DNA of 64,000 nucleotides from a virus. The position numbers were made by a program, and so were the translations under genes. Positions 1-9,613 of the stretch are shown here, in pieces (positions within the stretch are counted from its first letter, which is position 1; every line of letters starts with the position of its first letter). Below the pieces are notes generated by a model. The model saw only the letters and a list, made by a program, of their open reading frames with translations. It had not been told where the DNA came from and ran no database searches. The stretch covers positions 51,208 to 115,207 of the IMG/VR virus record IMGVR_UViG_3300008107_000014; one strand, given 5' to 3'.

Positions 1-2
1 AT

Positions 3-716
3 ACTAATATTTCTTATAGTACAGCCCCAAAGAAAAAACTGTTCCTTTGTTTTAATCGAAGACATACAGAGCATAGAATTTTATTCTATATTATGATGTC
101 AAAATTGCAATTAATTGATAGGTGTTTTTATAGCATGAGCAAAGAACACCCCGGGTCAGAACAGCCATTTATTGAAAATGCAAAAAATTTAAGTTCTAAG
201 TACAAAGAACTTTACATTCTAGATAATGACATTACGGTTGCAGATGCACAACTTCCATTAATACTTGATACTGGTGATTTTAGTAAGTATCCTATGGAAA
301 TTGGAATAGATGATGTAAAGCCGTTCTATGATAATAGCTATATTAATATTGTAATGGAAACATATTTTTTTAATAACATCATCCACATAACTGAAAAAAC
401 ATATAAGCCAATTGCATTCATGCAACCTTTTATTATGTTTGCCGCACCCAATGGTTTACAGCATATTAAGGATATGGGATTTAAAACATTTAATCAATTC
501 TGGGACGAAAGCTACGATAGCGAAACTGACCACATAATTAGATTTTTAAAAATTGCTCAAGAAATTAGAAAAATATCAAACTGGTCGCAAGAAACACTTG
601 ATCAGTTTGCAAAAGATGTCCGACCTATTCTAGAATTCAATAGGGAACATCTTAAAAATATGAAAGACATTGAAGTAGATCAGTTTGTTGAAAAATACGG
701 AGTAGAAGGACAATGA
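3..716 (+). CDS. GT10 (alpha-1,3-fucosyltransferase)-like 'ITEK' putative glycosyltransferase, 5'-truncated by the window edge
   Basis: Frame is open from position 3 (TNISYSTAPKKKLFLCFNRRH...). INIVMET...ITEKTYKPI...PFIMF resembles the GT10 FENS..DYITEK motif. Paralogue of 1665..2813 and 4086..5321. Confidence 0.55.
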   Translation, partial: TNISYSTAPKKKLFLCFNRRHTEHRILFYIMMSKLQLIDRCFYSMSKEHPGSEQPFIENAKNLSSKYKELYILDNDITVADAQLPLILDTGDFSKYPMEIGIDDVKPFYDNSYINIVMETYFFNNIIHITEKTYKPIAFMQPFIMFAAPNGLQHIKDMGFKTFNQFWDESYDSETDHIIRFLKIAQEIRKISNWSQETLDQFAKDVRPILEFNREHLKNMKDIEVDQFVEKYGVEGQ

Positions 717-1675
717 AAAAAATATTAGTATGTGGCGCTGGGGGATTTATTGGCAGTCATTTAGTAACAAGTTTAAAACAACAAGGGCATTATGTAATTG
801 GTGCTGATTTAAAATATCCCCAATTTAATGAGATTAATGCAGATGAGTTTTATATTAGAGATCTCCGAGATCCTAATACTGTAGCAAATTTAATTACAGA
901 AGATTTAGATGAAGTATATCAACTTGCGGCCGATATGGGCGGCGCCGGATTTATTTCTACAGGCGATAACGATGCTGACATCATGCACAATTCCGCAATG
1001 ATTAATCTTAACATTGCAAGTGAAATGACAAAAAAAGGTGTAAAGAAAGTATTTTATACAAGCAGTGCATGTGTTTATCCAGAGCATAATCAAGAAGACC
1101 CAGATAATCCGTTATGCAGTGAAGATAGTGTATACCCTGCTGATCCCGATAGTGAATATGGATGGGAAAAGTTATTCAGCGAAAGAATTTATCTTGCATA
1201 TGCTAAAAATCATGGTCTTGATATTCGTATTGCCCGCTTACATAATATATATGGTCCGCAGGGTTCGTGGAATGACGGAAGAGAAAAAGCTCCCGCAGCT
1301 CTGTGCAGAAAAGTTGCAATGTGTGCCACTGGTGGAAATATTGAAGTTTGGGGACCAGGTATACAGACACGTAGTTTCTTATACATTGACGAATGTATCA
1401 AAGGTATCCATAAGTTAATGGACAGTGATGTTAAACAGCCAATTAATCTAGGCAGCGAAAGATTAATTAGTATCAATGAGCTAGTTGAGTTAATTTCTAA
1501 AATTGCAGACAAGGAAATTACTGTAGTAAACATTGAAGGTCCGAGGGGGGTTATGGGAAGAAATAGTCATAATAAATTAATTAAAGAATTATTAAATTGG
1601 ACACCAAATGAGGACCTAGAGTATGGTATGGAACAAACATATATCTGGATTAAGGAACAAGTTGATGCTTTATAG
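713..1675 (+). CDS. GDP-mannose 3,5-epimerase-like extended SDR
   Basis: GAGGFIG, LAADMGGAGF, SSACVYP (catalytic Cys), YGWEK, REKAPAALCRK (catalytic Lys) and TRSFLYIDEC all match GME signatures. Confidence 0.85.
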   Translation: MKKILVCGAGGFIGSHLVTSLKQQGHYVIGADLKYPQFNEINADEFYIRDLRDPNTVANLITEDLDEVYQLAADMGGAGFISTGDNDADIMHNSAMINLNIASEMTKKGVKKVFYTSSACVYPEHNQEDPDNPLCSEDSVYPADPDSEYGWEKLFSERIYLAYAKNHGLDIRIARLHNIYGPQGSWNDGREKAPAALCRKVAMCATGGNIEVWGPGIQTRSFLYIDECIKGIHKLMDSDVKQPINLGSERLISINELVELISKIADKEITVVNIEGPRGVMGRNSHNKLIKELLNWTPNEDLEYGMEQTYIWIKEQVDAL

Positions 1676-2813
1676 TAAAACAGGAAAGTTTCATCACATC
1701 AAATATAACTGTGTTGCTACACTAGATAACTGGTCTCCAAACGACCCTGGAATATTCTATCATCATTTTTATGATGATCAACAACACGGTGTTAGATTTG
1801 CCAATTGTCTCGACGAAGTTCATTGGGAATATTTAAGAAATAATCCGTCTGCAAAACTGTTGCACGAAAATTGTGGCGAAACATTTAATATGCTATTTGT
1901 TGATGAGATATCAGAACTAATAGCTAATCACAACATTAATCCTTCTCAAATTTTTATTATTGTAGCCGATGAGTTACATAAATCTTTTTTAGTAACAAAT
2001 TTGATTAGCCGAGACATTAACGGAGTTAATATTGAAATTTATAATTTTCTAATGAGTAAGGTATCAATGGATTCTTTTGATGTGCCTATTATTAAAAAAT
2101 TTAGCGTATTGAGTCGTAACTATCGATCTTCTCGACTGCAACTGTATTGCAAATTGTTAGAGGCAGATTTATTAGACCAATTTTTATATTCGTTCTACAA
2201 TATTCATCCATATGAAAAAACTATATTCTCTGTAAAAGATATGATATTAGATTTGCAGAATGCAACGGTGCCGGTAACTGATAAAATTATAGAGTGGTTA
2301 TACGGTGTGCCTTATTCTATTAGCACCACTGATAATGTTTACGATAAGTGGGCCGATGTTACATATCAAACAGTAGCATCAGCTGATTTTCATATCATTA
2401 TTGAAACATTCTTTGATCCGTTTTTAAGCCACATTAACGGAAAATATAAAAAAGGATATGCTCCTAATTTTATAACAGAAAAATTATATAAACCTATTGC
2501 TTGTAAAAAACCATTTATTGTATTTGGTCCACAGTATATGCTTGAGGATCTACAATCGATGGGCTATAAAACATTCGATAGATTTATAAACGAATCGTAT
2601 GATATAGAAGAATCTCCCGAAAAACGTCTTGATATGATAGTTGACGAAATTAAGAAAATACTAGCTTTGCCAAAAGACGAATATCAAAATATTGTAAATA
2701 GTATGCAGGATATTTGCAATTATAATTATAATGTGTTAGCCGCTCAGAAAAATTACACTATTACAAATCCAGCATTTACTTTTATAAAAGATAATACAGG
2801 ATGGAAATACTAA
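1665..2813 (+). CDS. GT10-like 'ITEK' putative glycosyltransferase
   Basis: FHIIIETF...FITEKLYKPI..KKPFIVFG..GYKTF..INESYD. Likely start is ATG 1665. Confidence 0.55.
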   Translation: MLYSKTGKFHHIKYNCVATLDNWSPNDPGIFYHHFYDDQQHGVRFANCLDEVHWEYLRNNPSAKLLHENCGETFNMLFVDEISELIANHNINPSQIFIIVADELHKSFLVTNLISRDINGVNIEIYNFLMSKVSMDSFDVPIIKKFSVLSRNYRSSRLQLYCKLLEADLLDQFLYSFYNIHPYEKTIFSVKDMILDLQNATVPVTDKIIEWLYGVPYSISTTDNVYDKWADVTYQTVASADFHIIIETFFDPFLSHINGKYKKGYAPNFITEKLYKPIACKKPFIVFGPQYMLEDLQSMGYKTFDRFINESYDIEESPEKRLDMIVDEIKKILALPKDEYQNIVNSMQDICNYNYNVLAAQKNYTITNPAFTFIKDNTGWKY

Positions 2814-3493
2814 ACTTTTTTAAAAATTTATCTAATACTGATAACTTAGCTGCTCAGTATACATCTGCAACTCCGCTGCCTCACGTAATTGTAGATAACT
2901 TCTTGCCGGATGAAATTTTTAAAAATTTATGTACAGACATTCGACAGTATCCTCCTAATAAATGGATTGTTAAACAGTTAAGCGATACTAGCGGAATTCG
3001 AAAAGAAGCAAGAGATTTTAACGATTCATATACTCTGCAAAACATTATGCTTAATCTTACTGGCCATAATTTTGTATCTTGGATGAATAAAATAACCGGC
3101 GCTACTAATATAATTCCCGATCTCCATCATCTTGGCGCAGGATTAACAGCAGCACCTTCTGGTGCAACACTAGGGCTTCATGTTGATTTTAATTGGAACG
3201 ATACTTTAAAATTAAACAGAAAATTTAATTTAATTTTCTACGCAAATGATTCGTGGGAAGATTCGTGGAATGGTGAATTAGAGTTTTGGAATAAAGAAGG
3301 AACAAGTTGCCTTTATACAATTAAGCCAACTCCTAATAGATTGGTATTTTGGGAGTATGAGCAAGAATTAATACACGGATTTACAAAACCGTTAGCTTGT
3401 CCAGCCGGCGTTGAACGATTAAATTTAATGACAATTTACTATACAAGTAATGCATCGCCGACATCGGATCCTCATAAGTCTCGATTTTATTAA
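2801..3493 (+). CDS. 2OG-Fe(II) oxygenase (prolyl-hydroxylase-like)
   Basis: HVD (HxD), RKFNLIFY, GELEFW, distal HG and R (ERLNL). Confidence 0.85.
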   Translation: MEILNFFKNLSNTDNLAAQYTSATPLPHVIVDNFLPDEIFKNLCTDIRQYPPNKWIVKQLSDTSGIRKEARDFNDSYTLQNIMLNLTGHNFVSWMNKITGATNIIPDLHHLGAGLTAAPSGATLGLHVDFNWNDTLKLNRKFNLIFYANDSWEDSWNGELEFWNKEGTSCLYTIKPTPNRLVFWEYEQELIHGFTKPLACPAGVERLNLMTIYYTSNASPTSDPHKSRFY

Positions 3494-3494
3494 T

Positions 3495-4085
3495 ATGGCA
3501 AATTTTCATAAGTATTCTATTCCTCATTTATTATATGCATCGTACAACAAAAGTGACGATATTATTGTAGAAATAGGTAGTGAGCGCGGAGAAGGTTCTA
3601 CTAAATTTTTTGATACCTATTCTAAAGATTTAGGAATTCCGTTTTACAGTATTGATATAGAAGATAATGCAAAGATCCAACTCAGCGAATTAAAGCACAC
3701 TAATTGGATAATTTCCTCAGGCTCGGTTTGGTCTAAAGAACAATTACCGTTATTAAATAAAAAAATCAAAGTGTTATATCTTGATAACTTTGATTGGAAT
3801 CATAATCCAACAATTCCAACAGAAACTGGGTTTGATAAATTATACGAGAAACATAATACTATCTGGACCAACTTAAATTGTGTTGCCGAGCATCTTCACC
3901 AGATGATTAACTGTTTACCGTATATGGCCGAAAAGTCTATTATCATTTGTGACGACACTCCTTATCAAGATCACAGCGGAATCTATATTGGAAAATGTAG
4001 TGCAGTTATTCCGCTGCTTATAATTCACGGTTATACAATTGTTCACTCAGCAAACAACGGCGTAATATTAATTCGAGATTCCTAA
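3495..4085 (+). CDS. putative class I SAM-dependent methyltransferase
   Basis: IVEIGSERGEGST motif I, SIDI, LYLDNFD, ICDDT. Confidence 0.6.
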   Translation: MANFHKYSIPHLLYASYNKSDDIIVEIGSERGEGSTKFFDTYSKDLGIPFYSIDIEDNAKIQLSELKHTNWIISSGSVWSKEQLPLLNKKIKVLYLDNFDWNHNPTIPTETGFDKLYEKHNTIWTNLNCVAEHLHQMINCLPYMAEKSIIICDDTPYQDHSGIYIGKCSAVIPLLIIHGYTIVHSANNGVILIRDS

Positions 4086-5321
4086 GTGAGATGTTATTTT
4101 GATAATCATAGACAACTTAACATTAATTTAGTTAAGCAAATAAACAGCATACGATCGTTTGATGATTTTGAACTTAGGTATTGTCATCCTAATTTAAATT
4201 TTACATATAGCACAAATTATGATTCTCAAGGAATATATCTTGTCGAAGTTAGCACACATGCGCACCTTTGGTGTAGTTCAAACCATCATAGCAATAGTTT
4301 TAATTTAATTGAATCTATTCCTCATCACGTAATAGATGCTGCAAAACTAAAAAAAATACGAATAGTAATTATTGCAGTAGTCGAAGGGGATAGCTACGAA
4401 AACGATGGAGTAGATGCATACGAAGAATTAACTGCATCAATGTGGAAAATTGGACTACCGCAATATAGCGTACTAATTATTAGTGGCAATTTAAATGCAA
4501 ATGCTCAATATTTAGAATGGTGTAATAAAAACGAAGAATTTCCTTGGATTGAATTCTCAGAAGGTATTGATTGGACAGGGCAGCGTAACTGGCCTAAACA
4601 AATAGATCCTATTTTTTCTAAATCTCTAACAACTGCCAAATTTCTTTATAACAGCTTAAATCGTGCTCATCGTAGCCACAGATCTGAGCACTTATATTTT
4701 TTAGCACATAACAATCTATTGACAAACGGATTGGTATCCGGTGGCATATGGTTTAACGACATGCCTGGATACGATAAAAACTTAGACCTAATTTCGTCAC
4801 CAGAATATATTGACGCATATATAGACAACTATCGAACAGTACTAAGAGCAAATTATCCAAAGACAGTCGATTCAAATGTAACTTCTCTACGCAACAATCA
4901 TTTTGCGGGAATAAGCAATTTGAATATTTTTAAGGATTCGTTACTAACAGTATCTACAGAAAGTCATTTTGATGACAATCAAGGTTTGTTTATAACAGAA
5001 AAAACGTTTCGCCCTATAGCAATGGGACATCCGTTTATAGTATTAGGTCAGCCTAATCTTTTAAAAAAATTACAAAGTTTTGGATTTAAGACTGATTTTA
5101 TTGATACTAGTTATGATGAAATTTTAGACAATAAAAAAAGATTCGCAACATTTCACGAATCTTTTTTAAATTGGATCAACGACGATAAAGAAAAATACTT
5201 TGCAAAATGGCAGTTATATGTTGAACATAACTTATACATATATCAACATACAAACTTTAGAAAACTATACATCGGCGATGCAGTAGAACGCACAACTAGA
5301 TATTTTAAAGAATTGTCTTAG
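4086..5321 (+). CDS. GT10-like 'ITEK' putative glycosyltransferase
   Basis: SLNRAHRSHR, TVSTES..FITEKTFRPIAMGHPFIVLG..GFKT..SYD. Confidence 0.55.
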   Translation: MRCYFDNHRQLNINLVKQINSIRSFDDFELRYCHPNLNFTYSTNYDSQGIYLVEVSTHAHLWCSSNHHSNSFNLIESIPHHVIDAAKLKKIRIVIIAVVEGDSYENDGVDAYEELTASMWKIGLPQYSVLIISGNLNANAQYLEWCNKNEEFPWIEFSEGIDWTGQRNWPKQIDPIFSKSLTTAKFLYNSLNRAHRSHRSEHLYFLAHNNLLTNGLVSGGIWFNDMPGYDKNLDLISSPEYIDAYIDNYRTVLRANYPKTVDSNVTSLRNNHFAGISNLNIFKDSLLTVSTESHFDDNQGLFITEKTFRPIAMGHPFIVLGQPNLLKKLQSFGFKTDFIDTSYDEILDNKKRFATFHESFLNWINDDKEKYFAKWQLYVEHNLYIYQHTNFRKLYIGDAVERTTRYFKELS

Positions 5322-5610
5322 TAGATTTTTTAATATCGGTTTTTAGTTTACTAATATCAATGTCAAAGTCAACGCCTTTAATTTCTTCATGATATTCTTT
5401 AAATGTGTCAAGTAATTTAGTTGATAATGCATCGCTGCCTATTTCCTCAACAAGTTCTGCAACATTAATTTCCCATACCCTTCCATCTTCAAATTTAATT
5501 TGCATTACTTTTGTATAATGCAAAGGCATGGTACTCATATACATATCTTCAAAAATTTCAGGCCACTCTTTAATTATTTTACTAGGTGGTCTAAAGAATT
5601 TTTTAGGCAT
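5305..5610 (-). CDS. hypothetical phage protein
   Basis: 101-aa ORF overlapping its neighbours in a tightly packed operon. Confidence 0.6.
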   Translation of the reverse strand: MPKKFFRPPSKIIKEWPEIFEDMYMSTMPLHYTKVMQIKFEDGRVWEINVAELVEEIGSDALSTKLLDTFKEYHEEIKGVDFDIDISKLKTDIKKSTKTIL

Positions 5611-6217
5611 CAGCAGTTTCTTTAGCCTTAGTTGCTTTCTTAACAGGTGGATCTAATTCATCTGCCTGTTTGCGCAACTTTGCAGCTTCCTTATACATGG
5701 CATCTGCTTGGCTACGGAACTGTTTAGCAAGTGCTGAATCGTCAAGTACATCTGGCGCTTTTTCTGTTTCCTGCACTGGCACTTCGTTGACACGAGCAAT
5801 TTCTTTAACTTCGGCGCCCGGTTTAACTCCGATAAATCCTGCTAGCTCATCAATAGCTAGACCTTTTTGCTCGGCAATTAGCGCATTTAGTTCTGACAAC
5901 TGAACTATATTACTAGTATCAGGTGTCATCAATACATCCGATGTACCTACCTTAATAAGTTTACCGTCTGAATGTAATGCTTCCAACATTAAACGCCCGT
6001 CTGGAAAATGTCTAATACCTAGAATATCTCCGAACTCATTTGCATCTTGTGCTTGTGCGCTTTCAACTAATTGAATAATTGCGTTGTGATAGCTATCGGA
6101 CAAACTTGCTGTGCCAACAACTAATCCAAAGTATGGGTCACCGGGTAGTGTACGAAAAACAACAAGCACTTTCGCGTTGTTATTTTTCATTTTCCCAACG
6201 TGTTTAATTTGGGCCAT
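5603..6217 (-). CDS. hypothetical phage protein with C-terminal coiled coil
   Basis: 204-aa ORF, AAGGA upstream. Confidence 0.7.
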   Translation of the reverse strand: MAQIKHVGKMKNNNAKVLVVFRTLPGDPYFGLVVGTASLSDSYHNAIIQLVESAQAQDANEFGDILGIRHFPDGRLMLEALHSDGKLIKVGTSDVLMTPDTSNIVQLSELNALIAEQKGLAIDELAGFIGVKPGAEVKEIARVNEVPVQETEKAPDVLDDSALAKQFRSQADAMYKEAAKLRKQADELDPPVKKATKAKETADA

Positions 6218-6219
6218 GA

Positions 6220-6441
6220 TTATTGTCCTTTAGTAACTTGTGTTAAAAAGTTGTTTAAACGATTATACGTTTTGCCAACAGCTTCTAGTTCGTTGGCTTT
6301 GAATGCACCGCGTCCGCTTGCGACATCGATGATTGCTTTTAATGCCTGTAGATCGCTGATGTTTAATTCAGTTGATTCTGCAGGTGCTTCCTGACCAGTA
6401 GTTTGTTCTTCTGGGACTGGTTGTGTTACTTGCTCTTCCAT
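6220..6441 (-). CDS. hypothetical phage protein
   Basis: 73 aa, AGGAGA SD upstream. Confidence 0.7.
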   Translation of the reverse strand: MEEQVTQPVPEEQTTGQEAPAESTELNISDLQALKAIIDVASGRGAFKANELEAVGKTYNRLNNFLTQVTKGQ

Positions 6442-6717
6442 TTAAGTTCTCCTTATGTTTGGATATGCTAACATAAAAAAAGTAAGTTCTTTTGAATCTT
6501 CAAAAGCTACAAACTTCTTTGTTGTTGTCTTGTTACCGTCCGACGAGTGAGGCAAGTTTACAATTGCGTACCTACCATGTAGTTTAGATTCAATCCAATC
6601 TTCCATGGTATTATCAAACAGAAAATCTTGTTCTGCTACCTGTATCTTTGAAAAATGAACAGGCAGAAAACTAACTTTCCTTTTCTTGCAAACACTCAAA
6701 GGGTTTAATTTTAACAT
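6442..6717 (-). CDS. hypothetical phage protein
   Basis: 91 aa, TAAATA 5 nt before the ATG. Confidence 0.6.
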   Translation of the reverse strand: MLKLNPLSVCKKRKVSFLPVHFSKIQVAEQDFLFDNTMEDWIESKLHGRYAIVNLPHSSDGNKTTTKKFVAFEDSKELTFFMLAYPNIRRT

Positions 6718-6738
6718 ACTTTTATTTAAACTACAGAT

Positions 6739-7140
6739 TCAATCGTGGCTTGATTCTTGAGCGAGTAATTTAGCAAGTGCCTTGCTGGCACCCATCTTCT
6801 TTACATCTCCAGAAAATAAGTACAGCTCAAATGCTGTTTTTTCCGACAATACTGTAATACCTTTCTTGTTTATGAAATATGGTGATTTTATAAAGTTGTC
6901 TAACCATATTAACACCTGCGGTGTAACACTTAGACCTTTTGGAAACTCTATAAAGTAAGATTTTATCTCGGCTTTGGTAGTTACAAACTCTAAGCCTTGT
7001 TCGGTTAATCGCAGCCCGCCCTCATTTTTATTTCTAAAATTTAACCACCAAACAGATTTGTAATCCTTAAGGGCAGTTTCGGTTGGTGTAATGTTAACTG
7101 CTTTTAAAAATACAGCAGTATAGCGATCTTTTACATCCAT
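6739..7140 (-). CDS. hypothetical phage protein
   Basis: 133-aa ORF abutting the upstream gene. Confidence 0.65.
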   Translation of the reverse strand: MDVKDRYTAVFLKAVNITPTETALKDYKSVWWLNFRNKNEGGLRLTEQGLEFVTTKAEIKSYFIEFPKGLSVTPQVLIWLDNFIKSPYFINKKGITVLSEKTAFELYLFSGDVKKMGASKALAKLLAQESSHD

Positions 7141-7141
7141 T

Positions 7142-7429
7142 TTAAATTGTTATTTCTTCACCTGATGTAAGTTTATATACTGCGAAGTCTGAAGTTTTAA
7201 ACAAACGATTTAATTTCTTTGCTAGATTGTGTGCATGTCCGGGATTACTAAATGATACTTTTTTATATTTAGGTCCAGGATAACTAGCCACTAGGCTACC
7301 GCTCTTTAGATTAAAAGGTTGCCCTTTAAAAAACACCGCCCAGATAGCTTCCGACTCTAGGATTTGTTCTAGTTTATAATTATCCTTGCTAGCGTGTTCT
7401 AGAAGGACTTTAGGTTTTGGTCGACTCAT
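7142..7429 (-). CDS. hypothetical phage protein
   Basis: Likely start MSRPKP at 7429. YPGPKYKKVSFSNPGHA core. Confidence 0.65.
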   Translation of the reverse strand: MSRPKPKVLLEHASKDNYKLEQILESEAIWAVFFKGQPFNLKSGSLVASYPGPKYKKVSFSNPGHAHNLAKKLNRLFKTSDFAVYKLTSGEEITI

Positions 7430-7466
7430 ATATGCATATCCGTTATGTACGCATATATTTATCTCT

Positions 7467-7715
7467 CTAGAACGATCCGCCGTCCATCTTAACTTCAACA
7501 ACACCTTGATTTGCTTCTAATTTATGTAGACTTTCACGTATATCTTGCACATGATTAGCCATTTTGGAAGTCAATATAGATAAGTCGGTTATAATCTCTC
7601 GAGCTTCTTGTATTGACATCTTGATTTCTCGTTGATTACTTAATTCAGCACTTTTTAAGCGTTGTACTAGTTTTTCAACACTAGTTAATCGTTCTGGTAG
7701 TTTATCGTGAGACAT
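7467..7715 (-). CDS. hypothetical coiled-coil protein
   Basis: 82-aa ORF in the operon. Confidence 0.6.
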   Translation of the reverse strand: MSHDKLPERLTSVEKLVQRLKSAELSNQREIKMSIQEAREIITDLSILTSKMANHVQDIRESLHKLEANQGVVEVKMDGGSF

Positions 7716-8178
7716 TTGATAGCGCCTGTTTTAAATCGTTTTCTGTTTTATATGGACCACGATATTCGTATCTATCAAGTGTGATAAATTTTGGACAAAA
7801 ACTTTTAACCCAACCTTTATCGAATTTAATGATGTAATGACCTGCACAATATAAACTTTTAGAATCACTGCTTTTGGTAAACAGTGGTAGTCGTCTTTTA
7901 ATGTCAAACATTGCATTATGTGGTTCAACACTTGTAGAGTATCCGTGTACTTCGTTTACTGGTGCGTTGTCTGCTTCTTTAATAATCTTTGCAATAAAAA
8001 AGTCTTTACCAAATTGTTTAGTAACACTTTCTTTATTTTTAAAAATTTTAATTCCAGTTGCATTAGACATTACAAATCTATTTTCTTCGTCTTTTCGTAA
8101 TGTAGCGTATCTACTTCCGTCTTTCTCGACGATCCAGAATTTATTTTCAATTACTGGTTTTGCCTGTAAGTCTGTCAT
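7702..8178 (-). CDS. hypothetical phage protein
   Basis: 158 aa, ATGA overlap with rnh. Confidence 0.7.
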   Translation of the reverse strand: MTDLQAKPVIENKFWIVEKDGSRYATLRKDEENRFVMSNATGIKIFKNKESVTKQFGKDFFIAKIIKEADNAPVNEVHGYSTSVEPHNAMFDIKRRLPLFTKSSDSKSLYCAGHYIIKFDKGWVKSFCPKFITLDRYEYRGPYKTENDLKQALSNVSR

Positions 8179-9161
8179 TGTTTATACCTCGCATTTAATG
8201 GTTCGGCATATGCTTGAGCTTGATCTGCAATTTTCTTTAGGTCATAAAGATTGCAAAACTTTATCAATCTAATACCTACCTGGCTGATATTTTTATCGGC
8301 TGCAATAGCAGTATCGATAGTATCAGTAATTATAGTTCTAATTTCGTCTGGTTGTTTTGTTAGATCAATCAAAGTGCAATTTCGAGTGTAGTCATCTAGT
8401 ACACGATGCTCTACACCTTCATGATCGGTCCAACGTTGCAACATCATGTTGTTCCAGTTGAATCCTTTTGTGTTGCGATCTGCAAATGCTTCTTTTAATC
8501 CAACTTTTTTCTTTGTGCCTTCTTTGCGAACACCTGGATATGCACTAAACACATTATCGCTAGTATCACCTCTCATGCACTTTTCAAATAACAACCATTC
8601 TGGATTTGGAATTTCTTTAGGCAACTGTGTTTTCTTATCGATTACATAATTACCTTTTTCGTCAAAGTATCCTTCGTGTGTAATTGTTGTTTCGCTTACA
8701 CCGTTGTATTGTTTTACATTGGGTGCAATTAATTGAACAAAGTCTGTGTCAGTGCTAATAATTACATGATCATCATTTGGATGACTTTGAATCCATCCAG
8801 CAATTAAATCATCGGCTTCTAACTGCGAATGTTGCAATACTGTGCAATTAGTTTTTTCTGTAATGAAGTCTTTAAATGTATCAAATGCTTCCCAGAACAA
8901 TTTTTCTTCTTCTTGTTCACGTTCGTTATGTGCAGCACGGGCATCACTACGATTTCTTTTATATGGAGCATAATGGTCTTTGCGCCAACTGCGCCCTTCA
9001 AGGCAAAAAATTACATGACTTCCGTTAAAGTCTTTCCATGCTTTCTTGATGGAGTTTAACGTAATGTGAAAAGCCATGCCAAGCTTGATATCAGCGTCAC
9101 CGTTGATAACATGCCTAGCACGGAAAAAAGTATTTGCTGTATCTACTAAAATATATGTCAT
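8175..9161 (-). CDS. rnh: T4-type RNase H / 5'-3' flap exonuclease
   Basis: ILVDTAN, SWRKDHYAPYKRNR, LEADDLIA, STDTDFVQL, GDTSDNV are FEN/5'-exonuclease motifs. Confidence 0.9.
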   Translation of the reverse strand: MTYILVDTANTFFRARHVINGDADIKLGMAFHITLNSIKKAWKDFNGSHVIFCLEGRSWRKDHYAPYKRNRSDARAAHNEREQEEEKLFWEAFDTFKDFITEKTNCTVLQHSQLEADDLIAGWIQSHPNDDHVIISTDTDFVQLIAPNVKQYNGVSETTITHEGYFDEKGNYVIDKKTQLPKEIPNPEWLLFEKCMRGDTSDNVFSAYPGVRKEGTKKKVGLKEAFADRNTKGFNWNNMMLQRWTDHEGVEHRVLDDYTRNCTLIDLTKQPDEIRTIITDTIDTAIAADKNISQVGIRLIKFCNLYDLKKIADQAQAYAEPLNARYKQ

Positions 9162-9613
9162 GAAACTTCTGCTTTACCTGGGGCAATTTTCTTAACGTCA
9201 ACATATCCTGCCCCACGGCGATCCATGCTAACACCTTCCTCTTGTCCAATGTCTCCGCACAATGCACGGAACCATCGATCTGCAATTTCTTCATCTGGAT
9301 CACCATCATAGCCATATCCTTGCAACTTCAATTGTACAATAAACTCATCGTTCCAATCAAGCTCAAAGAATCCATTACGTAGATTGTCTTTGTTAACATG
9401 TGTGTCAAGTACAGCTACCCACGGCTCGCCCTTTTGTGTAGCACGTTCTTTAGGAGTTAACTTAGCTTCTGCTGCTTTTGCTTCAGCTGCAATTGCTTCT
9501 TCTAAATGCTGTTTAGCAATACTCTTTGCAGTCTCTGCTTCTGCTAGTGCGTTTTGTGTTGCATCTTCTAATGCTTGTAAGCCTGTAATCTTTTTAAAGA
9601 ATTGTTTAATCAT
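9158..9613 (-). CDS. hypothetical phage protein
   Basis: Likely start 9613 (TAATG overlap). GFFELDWN core. Confidence 0.65.
   Translation of the reverse strand: MIKQFFKKITGLQALEDATQNALAEAETAKSIAKQHLEEAIAAEAKAAEAKLTPKERATQKGEPWVAVLDTHVNKDNLRNGFFELDWNDEFIVQLKLQGYGYDGDPDEEIADRWFRALCGDIGQEEGVSMDRRGAGYVDVKKIAPGKAEVS

Noticed and set aside
8230-8270. KFCNLYDL in RNase H as a fourth clamp-binding motif
   Set aside because: Weak match, lacks the Asn and LF, and probably lies in the folded C-terminal helix.
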